From Armatimonadota bacterium (GTDB taxonomy: Bacteria > Armatimonadota > HRBIN16), in assembly GCA_963677485.1 (NCBI GenBank), contig OY781964.1:2624001-2688000 (forward strand): 64,000 nucleotides of DNA, in the 5' to 3' direction. This document shows positions 48,341 to 58,754 of the stretch, piece after piece (position 1 is the stretch's first letter; every line of letters starts with the position of its first letter). The notes under the pieces were generated by a model that was not told the DNA's origin, searched no databases, and was given only the letters and a program-made list of their open reading frames with translations. The position numbers were made by a program, and so were the translations under genes.

Positions 48341-49948
48341 ATGAAACACACATTACCAATTGTAGGAGCACTACTCATGGCGACTGCCGCGATGGCCCAA
48401 ACGCCTTTCAAAGTGGGCATCGAGCTGCCCACGATGCTGCCCGTTGACCCCGCGGTGGAGCTGATGCTGAAGGATGTGGGGGTGAACTACCTCAATTTCT
48501 TCGTGTACAACAACGGCGGTCCGACCGAGCAGGATGCCATGGCGGTGTATGATGCACAGGCGGCACTGGCGAAACGGCTGGGTGCGGAGTATCAACTGGC
48601 GTGCCATCATGTGGACATCCCCGAAGCGGTGGTGCGAAAGGCGGCTCAAGATCCGCTCTGTAATGGCGTGCTGATTGATGAGCTGGAGCACATCCGGCTG
48701 CTGTGGCGGCTGAACCCTCCGCCCGCAAAGCTTCTGGCTGATGTGAACAGCTTCAAAGACCTGTATGACGCTCACGACAAGGCGGCTGCCGGCTGGAAGC
48801 AGCTCGGTGACAAATACCGCAGTTGGGACATCAAGAACCTGAACAGCACGCATGTGTGGCCAGTGCTGCTATCGGTGGCGGCTGAGGGTGGATGGAACCC
48901 CACACCCAAGATATGCAAGGAATACTACTCGCCAGTGTCGCTGGCCATCGGTATGGGTGCGGCGCTGCAGTATGACAAGCAACTGATGGTGGATTGTGAC
49001 CTGTGGCTGTGGGACATGCTGCCGGGGCACTCCGCTGAGGAGTATCGCAGCAATCTGCTGCTGGCCTACTGGAGCGGGGCGGACGGCATCTACACCGAAG
49101 GCTCTGGATATAACCTGCTGCCGGCTGGCAGGCAGGGGTTGCCTCACAGCCTGATGCAGAAGATATCGGATACCGAGTATGCCTTGAGCCCTCACTGTGA
49201 GGTGCTGAGGTGGTTCATCAAGGACTATATCCCCACGCATCCGCGTCTGTGGAGCTTCCGCGATATCAAGCCGGATGTGGCGATCATCCGCTTTGACGAT
49301 AGCTGTTACGGTCAGCGCTACACCGGTATGCCTGACACGCTGTATGGCTCCGATAAGCTGCACAGCGATGCTGACACCGAGGCGGTTTTCCAGATGTGGA
49401 ATATGCTGACCGGAAGTCATTCCGGGCGTGACGGTATCGTGAGCGCTCAGCGTGTCACCCAGAATATGTATAACTACGAGCACAGCCCGCAGAATACCCG
49501 GCGCGACAGCTACCTGACCCGTCCGGTGATGGCGAACGCTCACAACTTCTTCGTGCCTCTGAACAATGTAGTGGTGTTCGACGACACGGTAGGTGCAGAG
49601 AAGCTGCGCGACATCCCCTGTCTGGTGTTATCAGGCAAGCGTATCAGCCCAAAAACCTGGCGGGCCGTTCAGGCGCGGGTGCGTCAGGGAGCGGTCTGTG
49701 TGATCTGGGCACCTCTGGCCGTCAAGCTGGGACTGAAGCCAACTGGTGACGTCACTGAGCTGCCGATGGGTAAGGGCAAGTTAGTCATCACCACCGACTT
49801 CGGCTTTCTGCCGGTCTTCAATGCCATGTGGCCTTATCTGGGCCATGGTGACCAAATTCGCTACCGCTTCACGCAAGGCGAAGTGGTGCTGAAGCAGGTC
49901 GACGCCAACAAGGTAGATGTGACCACCACGGTGTATCCTAAACCGTAG
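48341..49948 (+). CDS. Secreted hypothetical protein (paralog of 56987-58594)
   Basis: Signal peptide, 535 aa, DELEH and DCDLW motifs; CAGGAG RBS. Confidence 0.75.
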   Translation: MKHTLPIVGALLMATAAMAQTPFKVGIELPTMLPVDPAVELMLKDVGVNYLNFFVYNNGGPTEQDAMAVYDAQAALAKRLGAEYQLACHHVDIPEAVVRKAAQDPLCNGVLIDELEHIRLLWRLNPPPAKLLADVNSFKDLYDAHDKAAAGWKQLGDKYRSWDIKNLNSTHVWPVLLSVAAEGGWNPTPKICKEYYSPVSLAIGMGAALQYDKQLMVDCDLWLWDMLPGHSAEEYRSNLLLAYWSGADGIYTEGSGYNLLPAGRQGLPHSLMQKISDTEYALSPHCEVLRWFIKDYIPTHPRLWSFRDIKPDVAIIRFDDSCYGQRYTGMPDTLYGSDKLHSDADTEAVFQMWNMLTGSHSGRDGIVSAQRVTQNMYNYEHSPQNTRRDSYLTRPVMANAHNFFVPLNNVVVFDDTVGAEKLRDIPCLVLSGKRISPKTWRAVQARVRQGAVCVIWAPLAVKLGLKPTGDVTELPMGKGKLVITTDFGFLPVFNAMWPYLGHGDQIRYRFTQGEVVLKQVDANKVDVTTTVYPKP

Positions 49949-49966
49949 GTCCAGGCCCTAGCAATC

Positions 49967-50102
49967 GTAGGGGCATCGCGTGCGGTGCCCAGGGAAGTCT
50001 GAACCACGGATTACACAGATTGGTCGGATTACACGGATGGGACCGTAGGGGAAGGCCCCTGTGCCTGCCCTGTGAATCGTAGGGTCATCGCGTGCGGTGC
50101 CC
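49967..50102. repeat. Cluster of GTAG REP copies
   Basis: GTAGGGGCATCGCGTGCGGTGCCC (49967), GTAGGGGAAGGCCCCTGTGCCTGCCCT (50045) and GTAGGGTCATCGCGTGCGGTGCCC (about 50079). Confidence 0.8.
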
Positions 50103-50140
50103 ACGCATCCAACCATATCCGTTATTGTGATGGGGTGATC

Positions 50141-53100
50141 ATGAACAGGAACCCTCTGTATACCATCGTTGTTTTCTTGCTGCTGGCCGCATTATCACCA
50201 TCAGTTTGGGGTAGTGCCATGATCACCAAAACGGGTCATGATATTACGATCAAGGGCAGTCACTATCGTATGGTAGTTGACCTCGGCCACAAGGTCGCCA
50301 TCACATCGCTGATGACCGATGGCACCGAATGGCTGGCAGATGGTGCGTGCATTTACACGAGCATTAAAGTGGATGGGGTATGGGCTAACAGCCTGGTCTT
50401 AACCGACAACCCGAAGGTGAAGGTGTCGAAGCAGGGCGTGACCATCAGCTTCGAGACGCGGTATACGTCCGAGAGCTGGCAGATTGACTCCAACACCGAT
50501 CAGGTCAACATCGATTTTTCCCGTCGATTTAAAGGGGATGTGGTCGTCGACGAGCAAGGCTTCCCGATGATGAGCTTTGGGCAGGATGTGGTGGAGAACA
50601 TCCGCTGGCATAAATCGGGAAGCAACTTCTGGGTGGGCGGCAAGGCATCGGCGATGAAGAGCTTTCTGGCTGCAGGATCTGGTTATCTGGCAGGTAAGGA
50701 ACCCAACTCAAATATCCGACGGGCCATGGAGGACACCTCATTTACGCTGCTCACCGGCAGCACCGCTGGAGCAGCCCTGAAGGTCACCGGCAACACGAAC
50801 AGTGATTCACTCGATTTGGGTGCGGCTGTGGAAGCGGATCGTACGGTCGCAGTTAACAAGAAGAAGCTGTTAATGATGGCGTATGTCGTGTCAAGCCCTA
50901 AGGAACGGCTCCATTATGCGACCGGCACCGAGGATGGATCGCCGCTAGCAACCGTGAAAGAAGGACATGTCCGGCCCACAGGTAGCCCGATCTTCAAACC
51001 TGTTTCGGTCGCAGCCAACCAGACTGATACGGTCAGCCTTCGATTCGAACCCTCGGAATACAACAGATACTACGATCTTGGCACTCTTCGCGGAGTCGAC
51101 GAACGCCTACTCTCGGAGGCACTCAACAACTACGGCCGCATGATGGTGCTGGATTATAAATATGGCACCACGCAGGAAAATCCCAATCTGTTCTTCGAAG
51201 TGCCGGCATTTGAGCAGCACTGGAATACCGCGATGGGCTCGATCATGTGTGACGACGGCGTGATGGAGACGCTCAAGAACGGCCTGCGCAACATCAAGAA
51301 GGGGCCGCAAGCTGCTGACGGCCACATCATTAGTCCTTACATCTGGCAAACGGAAGGCGCGTCCTGGTATTCCGACTACGGCGACATGTGCCTGGGCTAC
51401 GTGCTGGGGATCGTGAATATCTTCAACCATACGAATGATTCCGCCTGGCCGAGAGAGATGCAGCAGTCTGCCCGTAAAGCCCTCGATTACGAATACAATG
51501 TGATGTTTGATCACCAAGCGAAGCTGATCAAGAACATGCACCCCCTCAATCCACGCCTACGAAAGTCTTATAACAACTACTGGGAAAAGTCAGAAGGGGC
51601 TTACGATGGTTATAACAGCGCACTCTATTATGAAACGCTCATGAAGTGGGCGGCAGTCGAACGGGTTGCGTTGAAGGACGCGGCACAAGCCGAGAAGTAT
51701 GAGACGATGGCGGCCGAGGTGAAAGACGCCCTTAATAAGCCAACCAGTGAGGGCGGAATGTGGAACGAAGAGCTGGGTGCGCTTATGTATGGATCAGGCA
51801 ATGTGCCTGCGGCCTACCTTCCACCTAATGCGACTGCGCTGCGGGCGGGTGCGTTGACCGATGAGCACGCGCGTCAAGTGGTCGACAAGATCGAGCGGGA
51901 CAACGCGAACCTGGGCATGAATTTCCACGTGATGAACGTGCGCGACCTTCGCGATGAGTCGGTGCCTGCCCCGCAGGATGATGACCCGTACAGCACGATG
52001 CTGGGCGAAAATGGCGGCTGGTATGGTGCTCCTGACGGGGACTTCTATGCTGGTTATCCGGCTTATGGCGATCGCAACAAGATACCCCATTTCATCGCTC
52101 ACTTTGGACAGTATTTTGACAAGACCGGCTTTATAGGTGCCACCACCTGGAAGCGCGACGGCGTCACCCCGCAGGATTACAACTGGCAGCAATGTATGCC
52201 TCATATGATTATGCCGATCTGGGGGCTTTATACCTACGCCTACGGCTTCCAACCTGAGGCTGGTCGGCTGGTGATCGCGCCATTCATCAGCGGAGGTATG
52301 GTGGGTTCTCAGGTGCTTTACCGCTGGGCGAAGCAAAACATGAAGTTGAAATACAACGGGCTGTATGCCTTCAAGTTGAGCACAGAGCATCTGCCAGGTG
52401 AGGTCGTCGTGCGCTTCATCAACCAGACCCCTTCGGCGGACTATCGGGTGCTAGTGGACAGCCGCACCGTCACATTGAAAGCGGATGCCAAGGGCTATGT
52501 GGATGTGACTGTCGACCAAGCAGGGACGCACCAGTATCGACTGATGAACCCAGAACCCGAAGTGCGTCCGACCAAAGGCAACATCGCGCTGCACAAACCC
52601 GTCACGGCCTCCTCAACCAAGGCGATGAACACTCAGACGATGCACTGGCCGGAGAAGATCACCGATGGTGACACGAGCACTGGGGCCTGGTTTGCCGCCG
52701 ATAACAAATTCCCCGCCTGGGTGATGATCGACCTCGGCCGGCGGGCAGCACCGGAGCAACTCAAGCTCTATTTCGGCCGGTCGGACAGATACAGTCTGAG
52801 AATAGAGGCCTCCAACAACCGAGACAGCAAGGCGTGGACGAAGATAGCGTCAGCGATCGATGCCTCGGCTGGCCCCGTTCACCCGCTCAGCTTGACACCA
52901 AAATCAGGCACATACCAATACTGGCGAGTGGTGTTCACAGCCACCGCTAGTCAGTTGAGGGCCAACCTCAGGGAGTGGGAAATCGGAGATGTGACCGCCG
53001 GTTCTCCGGCAGGCGCAAGCGAGGAGCTGGAGTATCAAGACACCTGCGGAGAAAATTATGCCCGCAAGGCTAAGGTTGAGGTATCATCCGAGGTCGATCC

Positions 53101-54043
53101 CAGCCCGGATGCTGGTTGGAACTCCAACAAGATTAACGACGGTGTCAGGGGCGCTGAGGGGAAATCGTCAGGCTGGTCCAGTGCGGGTGGAAGTGTACAG
53201 GACCGCGAAGAGTGGGTGAAGCTCGATCTGGGTGAGGTGAAACCGGTCGGCAGAATCGCATTGTATCCTCGCAACGACCCGTTTGATGCGGGCAACTACT
53301 TCCCACTGGACTACAAGCTGATGTTGTCTGCAGACGGGCTCAACTGGACCACTGTTGCCGACGTGGTGAACCAGCCGCTGATCGCTGATGGTGCAGTCAC
53401 CTTCGAGTTTGCTCCGTGCGACGCCCGTTATGTCAAACTGCTAGCCACAAAGCTGCGAGACAAGCGGAATACGGTGTATCATTGCCAGATATCGGAGTTT
53501 GAGGTGATGCCCCCGCTCAACCCTAAGACGGTCCGAAATGCGGCCCTGAACAGGCCTGTACAGCCGAGCTCCACCTCGGGCCAGACGTCAGGCTTACCTG
53601 GGTCAAAGGCTGTTGACGGCATACCATCGACATTCGAAAGCTCTCCGGGGTGGACATCCGGCCCGGGAGCGGAGCAGCGGGAAGAGCGGCTTGTGGTCGA
53701 CCTGCAGGGCGTATACGACATGACGGAGTTCCGGCTCTACCCTGCGGACAATGGTGATGACGCTGTCTATGCGCAGCACTTTCCGGTGGACTACAAGATA
53801 CAGACATCACTAGACGGCACCGACTGGACTGACGCGGTGGCTGTGACGGGCGCCGATAAGCCCAGCAAGCTGGTGAGGCACAAGCTGAGCAAAACAACCC
53901 CAGCTCGTTATGTGCGGCTGCTGATCACCTGTTTCCGGGCTGATAGCTTGGATTATCAGGCGCAGATAGCGGAGTTCGAGGCGTATGGACGTGTGCGCGT
54001 GAGTAGCGGTGCAAGTATTGGCTATGTCCGGGGCGGTCTGTAG
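50141..54043 (+). CDS. Large secreted putative glycoside hydrolase with three F5/8 type C (discoidin/CBM32-like) domains
   Basis: Signal peptide, central helical-barrel-like region, three repeats of N(I/Y/A)A(L/R)..(P/K)V..SS...DG...W...DL...YV(K/R)...EFE type. Confidence 0.75.
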   Translation: MNRNPLYTIVVFLLLAALSPSVWGSAMITKTGHDITIKGSHYRMVVDLGHKVAITSLMTDGTEWLADGACIYTSIKVDGVWANSLVLTDNPKVKVSKQGVTISFETRYTSESWQIDSNTDQVNIDFSRRFKGDVVVDEQGFPMMSFGQDVVENIRWHKSGSNFWVGGKASAMKSFLAAGSGYLAGKEPNSNIRRAMEDTSFTLLTGSTAGAALKVTGNTNSDSLDLGAAVEADRTVAVNKKKLLMMAYVVSSPKERLHYATGTEDGSPLATVKEGHVRPTGSPIFKPVSVAANQTDTVSLRFEPSEYNRYYDLGTLRGVDERLLSEALNNYGRMMVLDYKYGTTQENPNLFFEVPAFEQHWNTAMGSIMCDDGVMETLKNGLRNIKKGPQAADGHIISPYIWQTEGASWYSDYGDMCLGYVLGIVNIFNHTNDSAWPREMQQSARKALDYEYNVMFDHQAKLIKNMHPLNPRLRKSYNNYWEKSEGAYDGYNSALYYETLMKWAAVERVALKDAAQAEKYETMAAEVKDALNKPTSEGGMWNEELGALMYGSGNVPAAYLPPNATALRAGALTDEHARQVVDKIERDNANLGMNFHVMNVRDLRDESVPAPQDDDPYSTMLGENGGWYGAPDGDFYAGYPAYGDRNKIPHFIAHFGQYFDKTGFIGATTWKRDGVTPQDYNWQQCMPHMIMPIWGLYTYAYGFQPEAGRLVIAPFISGGMVGSQVLYRWAKQNMKLKYNGLYAFKLSTEHLPGEVVVRFINQTPSADYRVLVDSRTVTLKADAKGYVDVTVDQAGTHQYRLMNPEPEVRPTKGNIALHKPVTASSTKAMNTQTMHWPEKITDGDTSTGAWFAADNKFPAWVMIDLGRRAAPEQLKLYFGRSDRYSLRIEASNNRDSKAWTKIASAIDASAGPVHPLSLTPKSGTYQYWRVVFTATASQLRANLREWEIGDVTAGSPAGASEELEYQDTCGENYARKAKVEVSSEVDPSPDAGWNSNKINDGVRGAEGKSSGWSSAGGSVQDREEWVKLDLGEVKPVGRIALYPRNDPFDAGNYFPLDYKLMLSADGLNWTTVADVVNQPLIADGAVTFEFAPCDARYVKLLATKLRDKRNTVYHCQISEFEVMPPLNPKTVRNAALNRPVQPSSTSGQTSGLPGSKAVDGIPSTFESSPGWTSGPGAEQREERLVVDLQGVYDMTEFRLYPADNGDDAVYAQHFPVDYKIQTSLDGTDWTDAVAVTGADKPSKLVRHKLSKTTPARYVRLLITCFRADSLDYQAQIAEFEAYGRVRVSSGASIGYVRGGL

Positions 54044-54090
54044 ACAGCAGGCATAACGAGCGTACTGCCAGACCGCCCCGCACTTAGGCA
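54021..54090. repeat. Inverted repeat pair (CTATGTCCGGGGCGGTCTG family)
   Basis: GGCTATGTCCGGGGCGGTCTG...CAGACCGCCCCGCACTTAGGC; a second pair lies at 61112-61275. Confidence 0.75.
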
Positions 54091-54126
54091 ACCAAGCATT
54101 CTTATACCCTCATATAGGAGCAACCG

Positions 54127-56880
54127 ATGCAGAACGAAAAACTGGCGCAGTGGGTCACCACCAAAGCCGAGAATTTGGATACCACCGCCATTCGATACCG
54201 TCTGACTGGACAACTGCCGTCGGGCTTTGATATTGCCATACTGCGAGTGATCGCCAGCGACCTGAACCGCGTCTGGTTGAACGGCGTGCCGGTGGGCATC
54301 AGCGAGGACTGGCAGGGCGATAACTGGCGTGTGAAGGGCATCGCCAGGCCTGGCACCAACGTGATTGAAGCCGAGGTCCGTACCCGAAAAGCCGAATTCG
54401 CCGGTTGCTGGCTGAATATGGACAAAACACTGCCGGCTCCGATGCCGGTGTCACAGTTCGAGTTCACGGTGGGCGATGCCAGACTGTCGGAGTGGGTGTA
54501 CGTGCAGTTCATCGACGATTGGAGCCGCTTCAGCGGCCTGTTCTGCGTGGAGGCTGGCCGTGAGGACCTGAAGTTTGACACCTCAGGCGCACCCAGGACG
54601 CTGAGAATTGATACCCGCACCGAAAAGCAGTTGGGTCCGAACGCCGCATTCGACTGGACGCGTGTGAACAAGATTCGGCTGCGCATCGATCAGAAAAGCA
54701 CACTTGTCCACCAAAAAGGGGAACTCACCTTTTCGGATATGCGAATCGACGGCACACCGGTAGCAATGTCAGGCTGGGTGGTGTCGCCGGGCCTTGGCCC
54801 CATACTCTCCCAACTCTCGACAGATAACCCAGATCGCATGCATCTGAACTACGACTTCAGCCCTTACCCAGAAGCAAGCCTGCTGTGTGAGCTCTCTGTG
54901 GCCGATCGTCACGGTGTGAAACTGGCGCAAATCATCAGCGATGATCAGACGACGGCCGATCAGGGTGCGCCGCTGGTCGCACCCTCCACCTTCGCGGTCG
55001 AATGGACGCCTTACCTGCCCACGCGTGTCTCTGACATGCTCGATGAGGGAAGGGCTCCCTGCCGTGAGATGCTGAGCATCATCACGACGGACCGTAAGGA
55101 GCTTTACGAACAAGATCAGCCGATTGGGTTGAATATCATAGTCCACGCGTTCGAGAGACCGTCTGATCTGAAGATCCAAATCCAGTTGGATGAGTGGAAC
55201 CAGACTAAGCCTGTGATCCTCTCAGCCGAGTGTCGGCCTAGTAAAAAGGGTCAGATGCAGGCCACGCTCTCCCTGCCAAAGCTTTCGGAGGGGTTGTACC
55301 GCGTGACCGCCCGGATGGCAACAGGCATGACGGCGACCGCCGCGTATGCCGTGGTGCCCAAGGGCCAAACCACCATATCCTCTCTGCTGCCGAAACTCAA
55401 GCCGTATCTCCACCGGCAGCACATGATCGGTGTGAATGACCAAGCGGTGCTGGTGCGGAATCCAGCCCATCTCTGGAGCCTTCGCGAGATGGGTGTAGGT
55501 TTATGGGTGGCGGACATCGTGCCCTCGGATACCGAGAGGGGGATCACCGACGATCTGTGCGCCTACTGTAAAGCCACGGGCACGCACTTTGCGTACAACC
55601 TGGTCATACCCAACTATGCGCCAGTGAGTGACAGCACGAACGGTAAGAACAGCTACGACACTCCTGACGGCTGCCATCGTTGGGTTGTCGACGCAGACAC
55701 GCTTCGTCATGCCGCCGCCACAGGCCTGTTTGAGGGTGTGATGTATGACGAAGTGGAGCATATGCAGCTCAACCGTAACGGCTACGCCCAACTGCCTGAG
55801 CCCAATCGCAAGCCGTTCTTCGTGGAGACCAACGGGCTGAACCTGCCTCAGGCATATGAGACTTTGAAGAAGGCGGTCAAAGAGCAAGTCAAGAACTACA
55901 TGCAGTCTGGCTCCAAAATGCTGGGTGAAAGCGTGTTTCCGGCACTGTTCCACCCCATGGCGGAGGGCGGAATGACGATCGCCCCGAAGCTGTTAAAGGA
56001 GGATATCCATCCTGTGGTTCTGGCGGAAGCATTGGGGGCGGCCATACAGCATAAGGCCCGCCTCTGGTTCAGCCCGGATCTGTGGTGGTATGCGGAGGCA
56101 CCCGGGCACAGTGCCCGCGAATACCGCATGGCGATGCAGTGCTGCCATCTGGCCGGTGTGGACGCCTGTTACGTGGAATGTACCATCAAGCTGTTCTCAC
56201 AGAACGGCAGCAGCTATCGTCTGACCCGTCACGGCCAGGAGCTTAAGGAGCACATCGCCAAGTGGGTTCCTGCCCACCCGCGTCACTACAGCTACCGCGA
56301 TTACCAGCCGGAGGTGGCCATCGTGCGCTTCCCAGACAGCGACTGGGGGCAGTCCAGCTGCACCTACTGGGACTATCTGTATGGTGCGATGAACCTGCAC
56401 TCCAGCCCGGAAACACGCGAACACATGCAGGTATGGTCACTGATTACCGATGGCGTGCTGACCGGCCGTGCTGTGAACTGCAACTCGCAGGCGCTGGGGA
56501 CACTGGTACCGCCGATCACCTGGCGGTTCACCGTGCCGAGTCCGGCGGTGGCGGTGTTCGACCACAATGTGGGATTGAAGCACTTAAAGGGCGTGGGGGT
56601 TATCTTCGTCTGTGGGATCGAGATATCGGCTCAGACCACGAGTGCTCTGCAGAGCTGCGTGAAGGCAGGTGCGGTCTGCTTCATCAGCCAGCATCTGGCA
56701 CCTTCATCGATACGCGGTTTGGGCAATGCCCCCTCTGCGCGCATATCGGAGGGCAAGGGCAGCTGGGTGGTCATGAGCAGCTTCACGCCCGAGGTGATGG
56801 CGCCCTACAAGCAGCTTCTGCCGAAGAATGATGGCTCCATGTGGCTGCGGTTCAAGAACCGGCGTGTGAAGGTAGGGTAA
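54127..56880 (+). CDS. Hypothetical protein with C-terminal domain related to the 535-aa paralogs
   Basis: DEVEH, PDLWW..PGHS..EYR, AHPRHYSYRDYQPEVAIVRFPDS and VFD motifs parallel DELEH, DLW...PGH...EYR and THPRLWSFRDIKPD.AIIRFDDS. Confidence 0.7.
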   Translation: MQNEKLAQWVTTKAENLDTTAIRYRLTGQLPSGFDIAILRVIASDLNRVWLNGVPVGISEDWQGDNWRVKGIARPGTNVIEAEVRTRKAEFAGCWLNMDKTLPAPMPVSQFEFTVGDARLSEWVYVQFIDDWSRFSGLFCVEAGREDLKFDTSGAPRTLRIDTRTEKQLGPNAAFDWTRVNKIRLRIDQKSTLVHQKGELTFSDMRIDGTPVAMSGWVVSPGLGPILSQLSTDNPDRMHLNYDFSPYPEASLLCELSVADRHGVKLAQIISDDQTTADQGAPLVAPSTFAVEWTPYLPTRVSDMLDEGRAPCREMLSIITTDRKELYEQDQPIGLNIIVHAFERPSDLKIQIQLDEWNQTKPVILSAECRPSKKGQMQATLSLPKLSEGLYRVTARMATGMTATAAYAVVPKGQTTISSLLPKLKPYLHRQHMIGVNDQAVLVRNPAHLWSLREMGVGLWVADIVPSDTERGITDDLCAYCKATGTHFAYNLVIPNYAPVSDSTNGKNSYDTPDGCHRWVVDADTLRHAAATGLFEGVMYDEVEHMQLNRNGYAQLPEPNRKPFFVETNGLNLPQAYETLKKAVKEQVKNYMQSGSKMLGESVFPALFHPMAEGGMTIAPKLLKEDIHPVVLAEALGAAIQHKARLWFSPDLWWYAEAPGHSAREYRMAMQCCHLAGVDACYVECTIKLFSQNGSSYRLTRHGQELKEHIAKWVPAHPRHYSYRDYQPEVAIVRFPDSDWGQSSCTYWDYLYGAMNLHSSPETREHMQVWSLITDGVLTGRAVNCNSQALGTLVPPITWRFTVPSPAVAVFDHNVGLKHLKGVGVIFVCGIEISAQTTSALQSCVKAGAVCFISQHLAPSSIRGLGNAPSARISEGKGSWVVMSSFTPEVMAPYKQLLPKNDGSMWLRFKNRRVKVG

Positions 56881-56890
56881 ACGGTGGGAT

Positions 56891-56960
56891 GTAGGGACAT
56901 CGCGTGCGGTGCCCTCAACCTACCGAATGATAATAAGGGCACCGCACGCGATGCCCCTAC
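56891..56960. repeat. Inverted pair of GTAG-type REP sequences
   Basis: GTAGGGACATCGCGTGCGGTGCCCT ... AGGGCACCGCACGCGATGCCCCTAC. Confidence 0.85.
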
Positions 56961-56986
56961 ATCCCACATGACGAATAGAGGAAAAT

Positions 56987-58594
56987 ATGAAATCACTGCT
57001 GATCACTATTGGAGTTGCGCTCATGACAACAGTCGCATTGGCTCAAACGCCGAAACCCTTCAAGGTGGGCATCGAGCTGCCTACCAATCTGCCTGTGGAT
57101 CCCGCTGTGGAAGCCATGCTGAAGGATGTGGGGGTGAACTACCTCAACTTCTTTGTATACAACGACGCTGGGCCGACCGAACAGGATGCGATGGCGGTCT
57201 ACGATGCGCAGGCAGCGATGGCCAAACGCATCGGGGCGGAATACCAACTGGCGTGCCACCACCGGGACATCCCCGAGGCGGTGGTCCGTAAAGCTGCACA
57301 AGACCCACTGTGCGATGGTGTGCTGATCGATGAACTGGAGCACGTCCGCCTGCTGTGGCGTGGCAACAATGCAGGCTCCACGCTTCTAGCTGATACTGAG
57401 CATATGACCGACCTGTATGACGCGCATGACAAAGCGGTCGCTGGTTGGAAGGCTCTGGGTGACAAATACCGCGGCTGGGGCATCAAGAACCTGAACAGCA
57501 CGCATGTGTGGCCGGTGTTGCTGTCGGTGGCGGCAGAGGGCGGCTGGAACCCCACACCCAAGGTATGCAAGGAGTTCTATTCACCCGTGTCGCTGGCCAT
57601 CGGAATGGGTGCCGCGCTGCAGTATGATAAGCAGCTATTGGTCGATTGTGACCTCTGGTTCTGGGACCTGCTTCCAGGCCACACTCCGGAGGAATACCGC
57701 AGCAATCTGCTGCTGGCCTACTGGAGTGGCGCGGACGGTATCTATGCAGAGGGCTCAGGTTACAATCTGGTGCCCGCCGGTCGGCAGGGGATGCCCCATA
57801 GCCTCATGTCCAAGATATCGGACAGCATCTATTCCTTGAGCCCTCACGGTGAAGTGTTGAAGTGGTTTATCAAAGAGTATATTCCCACGCATCCCCGGCT
57901 TTGGAGTTTCCGCGACATCAAGCCGGACATCGCGATCATCCGCTTTGACGATAGCTGCTTCGGTCAACGCTACACGGGCATGCCGGATGCGCTTTACGGG
58001 GCGGCGAACCTGAACAGTGATGCCGATACCGAGGCGATTTTGCAGGTGTGGAACGTGCTGACCGGCGGCCAGACCGGCCGTGATGGCATCAGCAAATACC
58101 GCGCAACTCAAAACATGTACGGCCCGAATGCTCCTTCCATCAACCAGCGGGACAGCTACCTTACACGCCCGATGATGGCAAACTCGCATAACTTCTTCAC
58201 ACCTCTTAACAATGTGGTGGTGTTCGATGATAATGTGAGTGCTGAAAAGCTGAGGGATATCCCCTGCATAATTCTGACGGGTAAGCGGATCAGCCCCAAA
58301 ACCTGGAAGGCTGTTCAAGCGTGTGTGATGCAGGGCGCGACCTGCGTGATATGGGCTCCGCTGGCCACCACGCTGGGACTGAAGCCAGTAGGGCCTGTCA
58401 CGCAGCTGCCGATGGGCAAGGGTGTGATCTGGATGACTACTGACTTTGGCTGGACACAGTCTGACTCTGCGATCGCACCCTTCCGCGGTCGTGCCGACCA
58501 GATTCGCTACCGCTTCACGCAAGGCGAGGTGGTGCTGAACCAGGTGGATGCCAACAAGGTGGACGTGGTCACCACGGTGAATGCTAAACCGTAG
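56987..58594 (+). CDS. Secreted hypothetical protein (paralog of 48341-49948)
   Basis: Signal peptide, 535 aa, colinear with 48341-49948 over the full length. Confidence 0.75.
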   Translation: MKSLLITIGVALMTTVALAQTPKPFKVGIELPTNLPVDPAVEAMLKDVGVNYLNFFVYNDAGPTEQDAMAVYDAQAAMAKRIGAEYQLACHHRDIPEAVVRKAAQDPLCDGVLIDELEHVRLLWRGNNAGSTLLADTEHMTDLYDAHDKAVAGWKALGDKYRGWGIKNLNSTHVWPVLLSVAAEGGWNPTPKVCKEFYSPVSLAIGMGAALQYDKQLLVDCDLWFWDLLPGHTPEEYRSNLLLAYWSGADGIYAEGSGYNLVPAGRQGMPHSLMSKISDSIYSLSPHGEVLKWFIKEYIPTHPRLWSFRDIKPDIAIIRFDDSCFGQRYTGMPDALYGAANLNSDADTEAILQVWNVLTGGQTGRDGISKYRATQNMYGPNAPSINQRDSYLTRPMMANSHNFFTPLNNVVVFDDNVSAEKLRDIPCIILTGKRISPKTWKAVQACVMQGATCVIWAPLATTLGLKPVGPVTQLPMGKGVIWMTTDFGWTQSDSAIAPFRGRADQIRYRFTQGEVVLNQVDANKVDVVTTVNAKP

Positions 58595-58754
58595 GGGCGA
58601 TCGACAAGATTGTTTTTAACCGCCGATGGACGCGAATGCACGCGGATGGGAAGCGAAATGCCGTCAAACTACCAAAGATTCAATACAGGCGGTAGACCTC
58701 GCCCGTCCTACTCGTCTGACTCATCAGACATGTCCTGCTGACAAGGAGAACGGA

